The position numbers and the translations under genes were made by a program. Below, in pieces: positions 20,041 to 29,917 of a stretch of 64,000 nucleotides of DNA. A model generated the notes under the pieces. The model saw only the letters and a program-made list of their open reading frames with translations. It was not told the DNA's origin and did not search any database. Numbering within the stretch: the first letter of the stretch is position 1; each line of letters begins with the position of its first letter. Source of the DNA: Arcobacteraceae bacterium (GTDB taxonomy: Bacteria; Campylobacterota; Campylobacteria; Campylobacterales; Arcobacteraceae); NCBI GenBank assembly GCA_963662945.1, contig OY759974.1:1344001-1408000 (forward strand). Direction: 5' to 3'.

Positions 20041-21108
20041 ATAAAAACAATATACGATTATTCATTAAAAGAATTACAAGAGAAGATTAAACCATCATTT
20101 AGAGCAAAACAAATATATAATTGGATATATAAAAATTATGCTACAACATATGAAGAGATGAAAAATATTCCAAATAATCTAAAAGTTGAATTAAAAGAAC
20201 ATTATCCTATAGATATAGCAAAAATCATTAGAGTTGAAGAGAGTAGTGATGGTACGAAAAAATATCTTTTTGAGTTTAAAGATGGAAAAACAGCAGAAGC
20301 GGTTCTTCTTTTAATGAAAGAAAAACAAACAGACGAAGATGGAAATATCACGAAAAGCGAAAAATATACTTTTTGTATCTCAAGTCAAGTAGGGTGTAAA
20401 GTAGGCTGTAGTTTTTGTCTTACAGCAAAGGGTGGTTTTGTAAGAGATTTAACGGCTGGTGAAATAATAGCACAAGTAGTTTATCTAAAAAAAGAGAACA
20501 ATATAGCCCAGAATAAAGCAGTAAACCTTGTATATATGGGGATGGGAGAACCTCTTGATAATTTTGATAATTTAACAGATGCAATAAAGATTATCTCTGA
20601 TTTAGATGGCTTAGCAATTAGTACAAGACGTCAAACTATCTCAACAAGTGGAATAAGTACAAAAATAGAAAAATTAGGTAAAATGGATTTAGGTGTTCAA
20701 CTAGCTATATCTTTACACGCTGTTGATGATGAGTTAAGAACAGAACTAATTCCTATGAATAAAGCATATAATATTAACTCAATTATAGAAGCAGTAAGAA
20801 AGTTTCCTATAGATACAAGAAAAAAAGTGATGTTTGAATACCTTGTGATAAAAGATAAAAATGATGATATCAAATCTGCTGATAAACTTGTAAAGTTACT
20901 AAGTGGGATTGATGCAAAAGTAAATTTAATTTTCTTTAATCCATTTGAAGGTACAAGTTATGAAAGACCATCAAAAAATGCTATGATAAAGTTTCAAGAG
21001 TATCTTTTAAGTAAAGGATTACTTTGTACAATACGAGAGTCAAAAGGGATAGATATTAGTGCCGCATGTGGACAGTTAAAAGAAAAGGAACAAAATGGGA
21101 ACAGTTGA
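20041..21108 (+). CDS. rlmN: dual-specificity RNA methyltransferase RlmN (radical SAM)
   Basis: [25 protein letters not shown]; frame extends 39 codons upstream of the track ATG ([26 protein letters not shown]) to ATA 20041, which has an AAGGA SD. Confidence 0.93.
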   Translation: MKTIYDYSLKELQEKIKPSFRAKQIYNWIYKNYATTYEEMKNIPNNLKVELKEHYPIDIAKIIRVEESSDGTKKYLFEFKDGKTAEAVLLLMKEKQTDEDGNITKSEKYTFCISSQVGCKVGCSFCLTAKGGFVRDLTAGEIIAQVVYLKKENNIAQNKAVNLVYMGMGEPLDNFDNLTDAIKIISDLDGLAISTRRQTISTSGISTKIEKLGKMDLGVQLAISLHAVDDELRTELIPMNKAYNINSIIEAVRKFPIDTRKKVMFEYLVIKDKNDDIKSADKLVKLLSGIDAKVNLIFFNPFEGTSYERPSKNAMIKFQEYLLSKGLLCTIRESKGIDISAACGQLKEKEQNGNS

Positions 21109-21190
21109 TATAATAATGGTTGTATTTTTAGGAATAGTTTTAGTTGGTGGTATGGCAGGATTTTTTATTTATAATAATAAAGAGGAGTAA
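21095..21190 (+). CDS. small single-pass membrane protein (31 aa)
   Basis: [38 protein letters not shown]; overlaps the rlmN 3' end; its end supplies the GAGGAG SD of the next ORF. Confidence 0.75.
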   Translation: MGTVDIIMVVFLGIVLVGGMAGFFIYNNKEE

Positions 21191-21195
21191 ATAAA

Positions 21196-21414
21196 ATGAT
21201 AGGCAAAAAACTTTATGAAAAAAAAGCTTTTGTTTATACAATACAAATAATTACCGTATTACTGATAATATTTGCAAAACTAGATCTAGTTTTAAAACTT
21301 ATGTTATTATTTGCTTATTTTATGTTATTTAGGCAAGAAAGATGGCATAAACATTTATTGATTATGTGTGTTATGATGAGTATTCTTTTTGCTTCAACTC
21401 AAATCTATATGTGA
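21196..21414 (+). CDS. hypothetical small membrane protein
   Basis: 72 aa, about 3 hydrophobic segments, GAGGAG SD. Confidence 0.6.
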   Translation: MIGKKLYEKKAFVYTIQIITVLLIIFAKLDLVLKLMLLFAYFMLFRQERWHKHLLIMCVMMSILFASTQIYM

Positions 21415-21462
21415 AGTAAAAATATGTTATTATAAGTAATTAATAGAACAATAGGTAACAAA

Positions 21463-22410
21463 ATGGATATAAAAAAAATTGCACAAGAAGTATTTGCAAT
21501 AGAAGCAGAAGAGATAGCTAATCTATCTACTCTTTTAACTGATGATTTTGAAAAAGCTATTACTGCTGTGTTTAATACTACAGGAAAGTTTATCATATCA
21601 GGAATGGGAAAATCTGGAATTATTGGGAAGAAAATTGCAGCTACACTTGCAAGTACAGGAACACCAAGTTTTTTTCTTCATCCTGGTGAAGCATATCATG
21701 GAGATCTTGGGATGATAGAAAAGGATGATATAGTTTTACTTATCTCAAATTCTGGAGAGACAGATGAAGTATTAAAACTTATTCCTTTTTTAAAGAATCA
21801 AGGGAATATAACAATTTCTATGAGTGGTAATCCACATTCTACACTAGCTCAAAATACTAATTATCATTTAAATGTAGCGGTAGAACATGAGGCATGCCCT
21901 TTACAACTAGCACCCACAAGTTCTACAACTGCAACTTTGGTAATGGGTGATGCTATTGCTGTTGCATTAATGAAATTGAGAGATTTTAAAGATGAACATT
22001 TTGCAAAATTTCATCCAGGTGGAAGTCTAGGACGAAGACTGTTAACAAAAATTGAAAATGTTATGAAAAAAGACAATCTACCTATTATTACAGAAAATAC
22101 AAATGTAAAAGAGATTATTCATACCATTACAAATGGTAAATGTGGGTTAGTTGTTATTATAGAAGATGATAAAATAGAGGGTATTATAACTGATGGAGAT
22201 ATCAGAAGAGTTATGGAAGAACAGGAAGAACGTTTTTTTAATTTAACCGCAAAAGATATTATGAGTAACTCACCAAAGCAGATAAATCAAGATGAGAAAC
22301 TAGTAGTTGCAAGTGAAATAATGAGTAGTTATAAAATTAATTCACTATTAGTAGTTGATAATAAAAATAAATTAGTTGGAATTGTGCAAATGTACGATTT
22401 AGGTTTATAA
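21463..22410 (+). CDS. kdsD: arabinose-5-phosphate isomerase (KdsD/KpsF/GutQ family, SIS + CBS)
   Basis: GMGKSG, ASTGTPSFFLHPGEAYHGDLG, EACPLQLAPTSST, FHPGGSLG, CBS pair. Confidence 0.92.
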   Translation: MDIKKIAQEVFAIEAEEIANLSTLLTDDFEKAITAVFNTTGKFIISGMGKSGIIGKKIAATLASTGTPSFFLHPGEAYHGDLGMIEKDDIVLLISNSGETDEVLKLIPFLKNQGNITISMSGNPHSTLAQNTNYHLNVAVEHEACPLQLAPTSSTTATLVMGDAIAVALMKLRDFKDEHFAKFHPGGSLGRRLLTKIENVMKKDNLPIITENTNVKEIIHTITNGKCGLVVIIEDDKIEGIITDGDIRRVMEEQEERFFNLTAKDIMSNSPKQINQDEKLVVASEIMSSYKINSLLVVDNKNKLVGIVQMYDLGL

Positions 22411-22421
22411 GAGGAAAATAA

Positions 22422-22991
22422 ATGATTTTAATGATTGATAACTATGATAGTTTTACATACAATATAGTTCAATATTGTTTAGAACTAGGTGCGGATTTAA
22501 AAGTTATTAGAAATGATGAATTAACCATTGAAGAGATAAAAGAGTTACATCCAGAAAAGATTATACTTTCTCCTGGTCCTGCAACACCTGATGATGCAGG
22601 AATTACATTAGATGTTATAAAAGCGTTTGGGGATACTACACCAATACTTGGCATTTGTCTTGGGCATCAAAGTATTGCACAGGCATTTGGAGGCGAAGTA
22701 ATAAAAGCACCAAAAATGATGCATGGTAAAACTTCACAAATTGAGATTCTAGAAGATGATGTTATTTTTAAAAATTTACCAAAAGTTATTACTGAAACAA
22801 GATATCATTCTTTAACGGTCAATAAAGAAAACTTACCAGAAAATATAATTGTAACTTCAAAATCTTTAGATGATCAAGAGATAATGTCTCTTAAAATAAA
22901 AGATAAAAATATTTATGGAGTTCAATTTCATCCAGAATCTGTGATGAGTGAATACGGACATGAAATGTTGGATAATTTTCTTAAACTTTAA
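22422..22991 (+). CDS. pabA: anthranilate/aminodeoxychorismate synthase component II (glutamine amidotransferase, TrpG/PabA)
   Basis: IDNYDSFTYN, SPGP, GICLGHQ, RYHSL, QFHPES. Confidence 0.88.
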   Translation: MILMIDNYDSFTYNIVQYCLELGADLKVIRNDELTIEEIKELHPEKIILSPGPATPDDAGITLDVIKAFGDTTPILGICLGHQSIAQAFGGEVIKAPKMMHGKTSQIEILEDDVIFKNLPKVITETRYHSLTVNKENLPENIIVTSKSLDDQEIMSLKIKDKNIYGVQFHPESVMSEYGHEMLDNFLKL

Positions 22992-23000
22992 AGGAAAATT

Positions 23001-24188
23001 GTGATTTTAAATAGATACAATTGGATTTTTATACTGCTACTCACTTTTCATACAGTAGTTTTATTGTATCTAACAAATGAATTTAGTATATCCTATAAAG
23101 AAGCGGATATTTTTTTTAATGGGGATATTTCACTCTTAACTTTATTGACAAATTTTTCTACGCATATTTTTGGACAAAATGATTTTGCATTGCGTATTCC
23201 ATTTATTTTATCTTATATAGGAAGTGCAATTCTTTTGTATATTATGACAAAAGATTTTTTTAAAACAGAGTTTCAAAGGCTTGTATCAGTTGCTATTTTT
23301 ATGCTTTTACCAGGGATAAATAGTGCGGCACTATTAGTCAATGAATCGATAATTGTTGTTTTTCTTACGTTACTTTATTTAACAATATATAAATACAAAA
23401 AAAGACATTGTTATGTACTTTTAATACTTTTTTTATTTGTTGATAATTCTTTTTCAATATTATTTTTAGGGTTGTTTTTTTATTCATTGGCAAAAAAAGA
23501 TAATAAACTATTGGTTGTTTCTCTTGTTTTATTTGGTATGTCTATGTCCTATTTTGGATTTGATGTAACGGGTAAACCCAAAAGTTATCTTTTAGATACA
23601 TTTGCTATATATGCAAGTATATTTTCTCCAATTCTCTTTTTATACTTTTTTTATACGATATATAGGATTGGAATTAAACAAGAAAAAGAGATTGTATGGT
23701 ACATTTCGGCAACTGCTTTGGGATTATCATTGATTTTTTCATTACGACAACATATTAAAATAGAAGATTTTGCTCCTTTTGTGGTAATAGCAATACCATT
23801 AATGGTTAAATTATTTAGTCACAGTTTAAATGTAAGATTAAAAGAGTTTAGAAAGTGGCATAATTATTTATTACGTTTAACTATTGGAATTTTAATTTTG
23901 AGTTTTTTGACTCTAGTGTTCAATAAATATATTTATGTTTTTTTAGAAAAATCAAATAGACATTTTACTTATAGATATCATATTGCAAAAGAACTATCAA
24001 ATGAATTGAAAAAAAGAGGTATTCATGCTATATATACTTCTGATTCTAAACTTGCATTGAGACTTAAATTTTATGGTATTGAGAGTTCTAAAAAATATTA
24101 TATAAGTACAAGGTTAATTAATAATAACTATAAGGTAATAGATATAGTATATTTTGATAGGATAGTAAAAAGATATTATTTATATTAA
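23001..24188 (+). CDS. multi-pass membrane protein, PMT/GT39-like glycosyltransferase
   Basis: Many TM helices; FGQNDFALRIPF and LLPGINSAALL motifs seen in Campylobacterota GT-C-like proteins. Confidence 0.6.
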   Translation: MILNRYNWIFILLLTFHTVVLLYLTNEFSISYKEADIFFNGDISLLTLLTNFSTHIFGQNDFALRIPFILSYIGSAILLYIMTKDFFKTEFQRLVSVAIFMLLPGINSAALLVNESIIVVFLTLLYLTIYKYKKRHCYVLLILFLFVDNSFSILFLGLFFYSLAKKDNKLLVVSLVLFGMSMSYFGFDVTGKPKSYLLDTFAIYASIFSPILFLYFFYTIYRIGIKQEKEIVWYISATALGLSLIFSLRQHIKIEDFAPFVVIAIPLMVKLFSHSLNVRLKEFRKWHNYLLRLTIGILILSFLTLVFNKYIYVFLEKSNRHFTYRYHIAKELSNELKKRGIHAIYTSDSKLALRLKFYGIESSKKYYISTRLINNNYKVIDIVYFDRIVKRYYLY

Positions 24189-24235
24189 ATGAAAAAGGCA
24201 ATAGTGTTACTAAATTAAACATAATTTATATTCAA

Positions 24236-24292
24236 AATGTTAAAAGTGTTACTTTTTGCTAACTTTTAACATTGAGTTGTTAAGATTATAAT
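24236..24292 (+). promoter_or_regulatory. acl promoter with upstream inverted repeat
   Basis: 12-bp IR AATGTTAAAAGT-N14-ACTTTTAACATT (24236-24273); TATAAT at 24287-24292; AAGGGG SD. Confidence 0.55.
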
Positions 24293-24317
24293 ATTAAAAT
24301 TCTTATAAGGGGAAAGT

Positions 24318-25649
24318 ATGGCACAAAAAGCAATACGAGAATATGATGGAAAAGCATTGTTTTCTAAACAATGGGAAAATTATTTTAGTGGATTCCATTA
24401 TGGTTTTAAATCTGTACTAGTTACAAGTGGTGCAGAATTACTAGAGATATCTAAAAAACATGGATTTGAATGGCTAAAACAAGAACCATTAGTTGCAAAA
24501 CCAGATATGCTATTTGGTAAAAGAGGAAAAAACGACTTAGTATTATTTAAAACAAATAAACCAGGTGATGTTACATTAGAAGAAGCAGCACATTGGATAG
24601 ATTCTAAAATGGTACATAATACAACTCTTTTATCTGGACAAAGTGGAGTATTAACACACTTTATTGTTGAACCATTTACACCACATACTCAAGATCAAGA
24701 GTATTATATTTCTGCAACAACTGTAGGTGAAGATGATGTATTATATATGTCAGCTGAAGGTGGTATGGAAGTAGAAGAGGGATGGGATGAAAAAGTTACT
24801 GAAGTAGCAATACCTATAACTATGAGTGATGCAGATATGGAACATGCAGTAAAAGCTAATATTCCTGCTGATATTCCAGAAAAAGATAAAAGTAAATTTG
24901 CAGCATTTGCAATTCAATTTTTTAAATTTTATAGAGATATGAATTTTGCATATTTAGAAATTAATCCAATAGTTATGCTTGATAATAATGATATGGCAAT
25001 TCTTGATTTAGTTGCAAGACTTGATGATACAGCTGGATTTATGATGAGAGATACATGGGGAGATATTGAATACCCTACAGCTTTTGGTATGGAAGATCAA
25101 TCTCCTGAAGAAAAAGCTATCGCTGATGCTGATAGTAAATCAGGTGCATCGTTAAAACTAACTGTTCTTAATCCAATGGGAAGAATTTGGACAATGGTTG
25201 CTGGTGGTGGTGCATCAGTTGTGTATGCAGATACTATTGCAGATTTTGCAGAAGCAAATGGTGGAAGTGTAAAAGATCTTGCAAACTATGGTGAGTATTC
25301 AGGTGGTCCAACAACAGGTGAAACAAAATTTTATGCTGATACTGTTATTGATCTTATGACAAGACATAAAGATCCAAAAGGTAGAGATAAAATTTTAATT
25401 ATTGGTGGAGCGATTGCTAACTTTACAGATGTTGCAAAAACATTTACAGGTATTATTCAATCATTTGAAACAAATGCAGAAAAAATGAAAGCACATAATA
25501 CAAAGATATATGTAAGAAGAGGTGGACCAAACTATGAAAAAGGTCTTAAAGATATCAAAGAAGCAGCAGATAGATTAGGGTTATACATAGAAGTATATGG
25601 ACCTGAAACACATGTTACAGATATTGTTAGAATGGCATTAGAGAAGTAG
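24318..25649 (+). CDS. aclB: ATP-citrate lyase small (beta) subunit
   Basis: MAQKAIREYDGK, VAKPDMLFGKRGK, YLEINP, MVAGGGASVVYADT, NYGEYSG, GGAIANFTDVA, RRGGPNY. Confidence 0.95.
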   Translation: MAQKAIREYDGKALFSKQWENYFSGFHYGFKSVLVTSGAELLEISKKHGFEWLKQEPLVAKPDMLFGKRGKNDLVLFKTNKPGDVTLEEAAHWIDSKMVHNTTLLSGQSGVLTHFIVEPFTPHTQDQEYYISATTVGEDDVLYMSAEGGMEVEEGWDEKVTEVAIPITMSDADMEHAVKANIPADIPEKDKSKFAAFAIQFFKFYRDMNFAYLEINPIVMLDNNDMAILDLVARLDDTAGFMMRDTWGDIEYPTAFGMEDQSPEEKAIADADSKSGASLKLTVLNPMGRIWTMVAGGGASVVYADTIADFAEANGGSVKDLANYGEYSGGPTTGETKFYADTVIDLMTRHKDPKGRDKILIIGGAIANFTDVAKTFTGIIQSFETNAEKMKAHNTKIYVRRGGPNYEKGLKDIKEAADRLGLYIEVYGPETHVTDIVRMALEK

Positions 25650-25658
25650 GGAGCAACA

Positions 25659-27473
25659 ATGGCACAATTATATACTAAAGATACACAAGCAATTTTTTGG
25701 AATAATAATAAATCAGCAATTCAAAGAATGCTAGATTATGATTATACAATTAAAAGAGAAACACCATCTGTTGCAGCTATAGTAGCACCAACAAGCTCTG
25801 GAAAATTTGATAAATTTTTCTATGGTCCAGATGAGATTATGATTCCATTATTCAAAAATACAGCAGATGCGAAAGAAGCACATCCTAATGCAGATGTATT
25901 ATTAAACTTTGCATCATTTAGAACTGCTTATGATGTTACAATGGAAGCATTAGAGATCGGTGGATTTAGTTCAATTATGGTTACAGCTGAGGGGATTCCT
26001 GAAAGACTTGCTAGAAAAATGAATCAAGCAGCAAGAGATAAAAATGTAATTGTAATTGGACCTGCAACTGTTGGTGGGATTAGCCCAGGTGCATTTAAAA
26101 TTGCAAATGTTGGTGGTACAATCGAAAACATTGTAAACTCAAAATTACATAGATGTGGTTCTTGTGGACTTGTAACAAGATCAGGTGGATTATTCAATGA
26201 GTTATCAAATATCATTGCATTAAATGCAGATGGTATTGCTGAGGGTGTTGCAATTGGTGGAGATAGATTTGTTGGATCTGTATTTATTGATAATATGCTA
26301 AGAATGGAAGATAATCCAGATGTAAAGTATATGGTACTTTTAGGTGAAGTTGGTGGAACTGAAGAGTATAAAATTATTGAAGCTGTAAAAGCTGGTAAAA
26401 TTAAGAAACCAATTATTGCATGGTGTATAGGTACTATAGCTAAACATTTCTCTACTGGTGTTCAATTTGGTCATGCTGGTGCAAGTGCAAACGCAGAAGC
26501 AGAAACAGCAGCAGCAAAAAATAAAGCAATGGCAGAAGCAGGTATTTTTGTACCAGCATCGTTCAATGATTTACCAGACACAATTGCTGAAGTTTACAAT
26601 AAATTAAAAGCAGATGGAATTATTGGTGAAATTGCAGAGCCAGAAATGAATGTGTGTCCACAAGTACGAAAAGCAAAAGAGTTTATTTGTACAATATCTG
26701 ATGATAGAGGTGAAGAAGCTCATTACTGTGGATATCCTATATCTTCAGTTGCAACACCAGATACTGGATTTACAGTTGGTGATGTTATGTCAATTCTGTG
26801 GTTCAAAAAAAGATACCCAAGATGGGCTGTTGATTTCTTAGAAACAGTACTTAAAACAGTTGCAGATCATGGTCCAGCAGTTTCAGGTGCTCATAATGCG
26901 AAAGTAACTGCACGAGCTGGGAAAGATGTAATATCTTCTTTAATCGCTGGTTTACTTACAATTGGTCCAAGATTTGGTGGAGCTATTGATGGTGCTGCTA
27001 AATACTTTAAATATGCAGGAGATAATAATTTAACTCCAGCAGAGTTTTTAACATATATGAAAAATCAAGGTGTTCCAATTCCAGGTATTGGTCACAGAAT
27101 TAAGTCTCTTAAAAATCCAGATTTAAGAGTTGAGGGATTAAAGAAGTTTGCAAAAGCAAACTTCCCAAGTACTCCATTACTTGATTATGCATTAACTGTT
27201 GAGCAATTAACAACATCTAAAAAAGAGAACTTAATTCTTAATGTTGATGGTACAATTGGTATTTTAATGGTTGATATGTGGAGAGCTTTAGGATATGAAG
27301 ATGATGAAATCGATGTATTTATTGAAGCAGGAGCTTTAAATGCATTCTTTATCCTTGGAAGAAGTATAGGGTTTATTGGTCATATTCTTGATGAAAAACG
27401 ACTTGCTATGCCTATGTACAGACATCCTATGACTGACATTCTTTATGATGTTAAAAAAGCGCCAGAGCTTTAA
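25659..27473 (+). CDS. aclA: ATP-citrate lyase large (alpha) subunit
   Basis: QRMLDYD, NFASFR, IGPATVGG, phospho-His QFGHAGA, ADHGPAVSGAHN, PGIGHRIKS, ILNVDG. Confidence 0.95.
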   Translation: MAQLYTKDTQAIFWNNNKSAIQRMLDYDYTIKRETPSVAAIVAPTSSGKFDKFFYGPDEIMIPLFKNTADAKEAHPNADVLLNFASFRTAYDVTMEALEIGGFSSIMVTAEGIPERLARKMNQAARDKNVIVIGPATVGGISPGAFKIANVGGTIENIVNSKLHRCGSCGLVTRSGGLFNELSNIIALNADGIAEGVAIGGDRFVGSVFIDNMLRMEDNPDVKYMVLLGEVGGTEEYKIIEAVKAGKIKKPIIAWCIGTIAKHFSTGVQFGHAGASANAEAETAAAKNKAMAEAGIFVPASFNDLPDTIAEVYNKLKADGIIGEIAEPEMNVCPQVRKAKEFICTISDDRGEEAHYCGYPISSVATPDTGFTVGDVMSILWFKKRYPRWAVDFLETVLKTVADHGPAVSGAHNAKVTARAGKDVISSLIAGLLTIGPRFGGAIDGAAKYFKYAGDNNLTPAEFLTYMKNQGVPIPGIGHRIKSLKNPDLRVEGLKKFAKANFPSTPLLDYALTVEQLTTSKKENLILNVDGTIGILMVDMWRALGYEDDEIDVFIEAGALNAFFILGRSIGFIGHILDEKRLAMPMYRHPMTDILYDVKKAPEL

Positions 27474-27492
27474 TATTTTGTCAATTACAAAC

Positions 27493-27525
27493 AAAAGCCA
27501 TCTCAGTTTTGAGGTGGCTTTTTTT
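27493..27525 (+). terminator. Rho-independent terminator of aclBA
   Basis: AAAAGCCATCTCA-gttt-TGAGGTGGCTTTT plus T tract. Confidence 0.85.
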
Positions 27526-27527
27526 AT

Positions 27528-28136
27528 ATGAAAAAAAGTTTCTCAATTTTAGAAACTATTGTAGTTATATCGCTGATTACAGTGATATTAACAGTAGCTA
27601 TTCCAAAACAAAAAATTTCAAAATTACAATTAGCAAGTGATAAGTTATTGATATATCTTAATTTTACACGATATATTGCAATGATAGATGATAAATACAG
27701 TGTTGATGATGTAGAGTGGGAAAAGAAAAGATGGACACTAAAATTTCAAAAATGCTCAAATGCAGAAGATGGATTATATTTTGTTGTTTATAGTGATACA
27801 AGTGGAGGTACAGCACATTTTAAAAAAGAAGAAACACTTAAAGATCCTCTGAATAATAAATATCTCTATAGTGGATATGATTGTATACCTAGTGCAAATG
27901 AATCTTCTGACATATTATTAACTAAACAATATGGAATAACCGATGTTGATATAAGCTGTAATACAACATCAACAATAGGACAAATTAGTTTTGGAAATGA
28001 TGGGAAAATTTATTCACAATTAGGAACTAATATTCAAATGATTACTCAACCTTGTAGTATAAAACTTACAGATAACAAAAATAATATAAGTACAATAATT
28101 CTGGAGCCAAATACTGGTTATATACATAAGCAATAA
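27528..28136 (+). CDS. prepilin-type (type II secretion/type IV pilin-like) protein
   Basis: N-terminal KKS^FSILETIVVISLITVIL with F1/E5 methylation motif and hydrophobic helix; four Cys. Confidence 0.75.
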   Translation: MKKSFSILETIVVISLITVILTVAIPKQKISKLQLASDKLLIYLNFTRYIAMIDDKYSVDDVEWEKKRWTLKFQKCSNAEDGLYFVVYSDTSGGTAHFKKEETLKDPLNNKYLYSGYDCIPSANESSDILLTKQYGITDVDISCNTTSTIGQISFGNDGKIYSQLGTNIQMITQPCSIKLTDNKNNISTIILEPNTGYIHKQ

Positions 28137-28182
28137 TTTGATATAATCGCTCTAATATACTAAAAAATAAGGTTACTTAAAT

Positions 28183-29322
28183 ATGCAATTTGAACAATAT
28201 CCTTTTGAAAAATTAGCACTTTTGCTTGATGGTTTAAAAGGAAATGAAAAATATGAACCAAGTAGTTTAACTATTGGTGAACCTCAGTTTAATACACCAC
28301 AATTTATACAAGATGAACTTGCTCATAGTGCTATTTTATTAAATAAATACCCAAAAAGTTCAGGTGAAGATTATTTAAAAGATGCCATGATAAACTTTAT
28401 ATCAAAACGATTTAATGTTTCAATATCTTATGATGAGATTATCCCAACTTTTGGAACGAGAGAAGTTTTATTTAATTTTCCTCAATTTGCATTGTTTGAT
28501 AAACAAAATCCAACAATAGCTTTCCCTAATCCCTTTTATCAAATATATGAAGGTGCTGCAATAGCTAGTAGGGCAAATGTAATCCATATGGATATGACGA
28601 AAGAAAATAACTTTTTAGTGGATTTAACAGAAGAGCAATTACAAAAAAGTGATTTAGTAATTTTAAATTATCCAAATAATCCAACAAGTGCAACAATAAC
28701 AGAAGATGAATTAGTAAAATGGGTTAAAAGAGCTTTAGAATATGATTTTATCCTTATAAATGATGAATGTTACAGTGAGTTGTATTTTGATGAAGATAAA
28801 AAGCCTTTATCATTACTAGAAGCTTGTAAAATAGCGGGAAATGATAGCTTTAAAAATTGTTTAGTATTAAATTCTATTTCTAAAAGAAGTAGTGCACCTG
28901 GCTTACGAAGTGGTTTTATTGCTGGAGATAAAGAGATTCTAAAAGAGTATTTAAAGTATAGAACATATGTAGGTTGTGCATTGCCTTTACCTTTACAAAA
29001 AACTGCAGCAATTGCTTGGAATGATGAAATTCATGTTAAAGAATTTAGAGCTAAATATAGAGAAAATTTTGAAATTGCAAGTGAGATTTTAGGTATTAAA
29101 GCACCAGAAGCAACATTTTATATTTGGTTAGAAGTTGATGATGAGTTACAATTTACAAAAGAGTTATATGAATCTAAAAATATTAAAGTTTTACCAGGGA
29201 GTTTTCTTGGTAGAAATGGAATTGGAAAAGATTTTGTACGAATTGCTTTAGTGGAAAGTCCAGAAAAAACAAGAGAAGTGATGAATAGACTAAAAGAATT
29301 CATAACTTTATATAAAGCATAA
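28183..29322 (+). CDS. dapC: succinyldiaminopimelate transaminase (PLP class I)
   Basis: QYPFEKL, LTIGEP, NPFYQIYEGAA, PNNPT, DECYSE, SISKRSSAPGLRSG. Confidence 0.88.
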   Translation: MQFEQYPFEKLALLLDGLKGNEKYEPSSLTIGEPQFNTPQFIQDELAHSAILLNKYPKSSGEDYLKDAMINFISKRFNVSISYDEIIPTFGTREVLFNFPQFALFDKQNPTIAFPNPFYQIYEGAAIASRANVIHMDMTKENNFLVDLTEEQLQKSDLVILNYPNNPTSATITEDELVKWVKRALEYDFILINDECYSELYFDEDKKPLSLLEACKIAGNDSFKNCLVLNSISKRSSAPGLRSGFIAGDKEILKEYLKYRTYVGCALPLPLQKTAAIAWNDEIHVKEFRAKYRENFEIASEILGIKAPEATFYIWLEVDDELQFTKELYESKNIKVLPGSFLGRNGIGKDFVRIALVESPEKTREVMNRLKEFITLYKA

Positions 29323-29338
29323 TAAAGAGGATAAATAA

Positions 29339-29917
29339 ATGAATCAAGAAGAGTTACAGGAAGCTAGAGTAAATCCTGAGTTTTTAGCTTATTTAAAAGA
29401 AAAAGAGGATGAGGTAATAGAATCAAAAAGTATTTCTGGGCTTTATGAAGTTCTTGATACGCTTCTTGTTTTAGACTTAGATGAAGAGAGAATTCATAAA
29501 GTATATCAAGAGATATTAAAAGTAGCTTTTGACACTATTGAAGAGAGATTAAAAGATTCAACTAAGTTAAGTTTGGAAAATGATGATATTTATTTTATCA
29601 GAAGTTTTTATGAACATGCCATTGAAAAATGGAGTGTATTAAATTATGATGGCGCACGAGAGTTGTTTTTTATTTTAGGACAAATAATAGAAGATAAAAA
29701 ACTAAGAGAAGCAATGCAAATTCATCTAATAGCTGCTGCAAACAACAAAGATATGGATCAGTTTTATGAAGAAGATGTACATCATTTAGATACAGTTGAA
29801 AATGAAAAATACGGATATTTTATCCATGAGTTTACATTTGATGTGGAAGAGTATTTAAGTAAAAATGCTGACTTACTTGACGAACAATATAATCAATTAA
29901 AGCACCTATTAAACTAA
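29339..29917 (+). CDS. hypothetical acidic protein
   Basis: 192-aa ORF with GAGGA SD, TAATG-coupled to murC. Confidence 0.75.
   Translation: MNQEELQEARVNPEFLAYLKEKEDEVIESKSISGLYEVLDTLLVLDLDEERIHKVYQEILKVAFDTIEERLKDSTKLSLENDDIYFIRSFYEHAIEKWSVLNYDGARELFFILGQIIEDKKLREAMQIHLIAAANNKDMDQFYEEDVHHLDTVENEKYGYFIHEFTFDVEEYLSKNADLLDEQYNQLKHLLN

Noticed and set aside
21405-21596. 63-aa minus-strand ORF
   Set aside because: Antisense to the kdsD 5' end with no independent support
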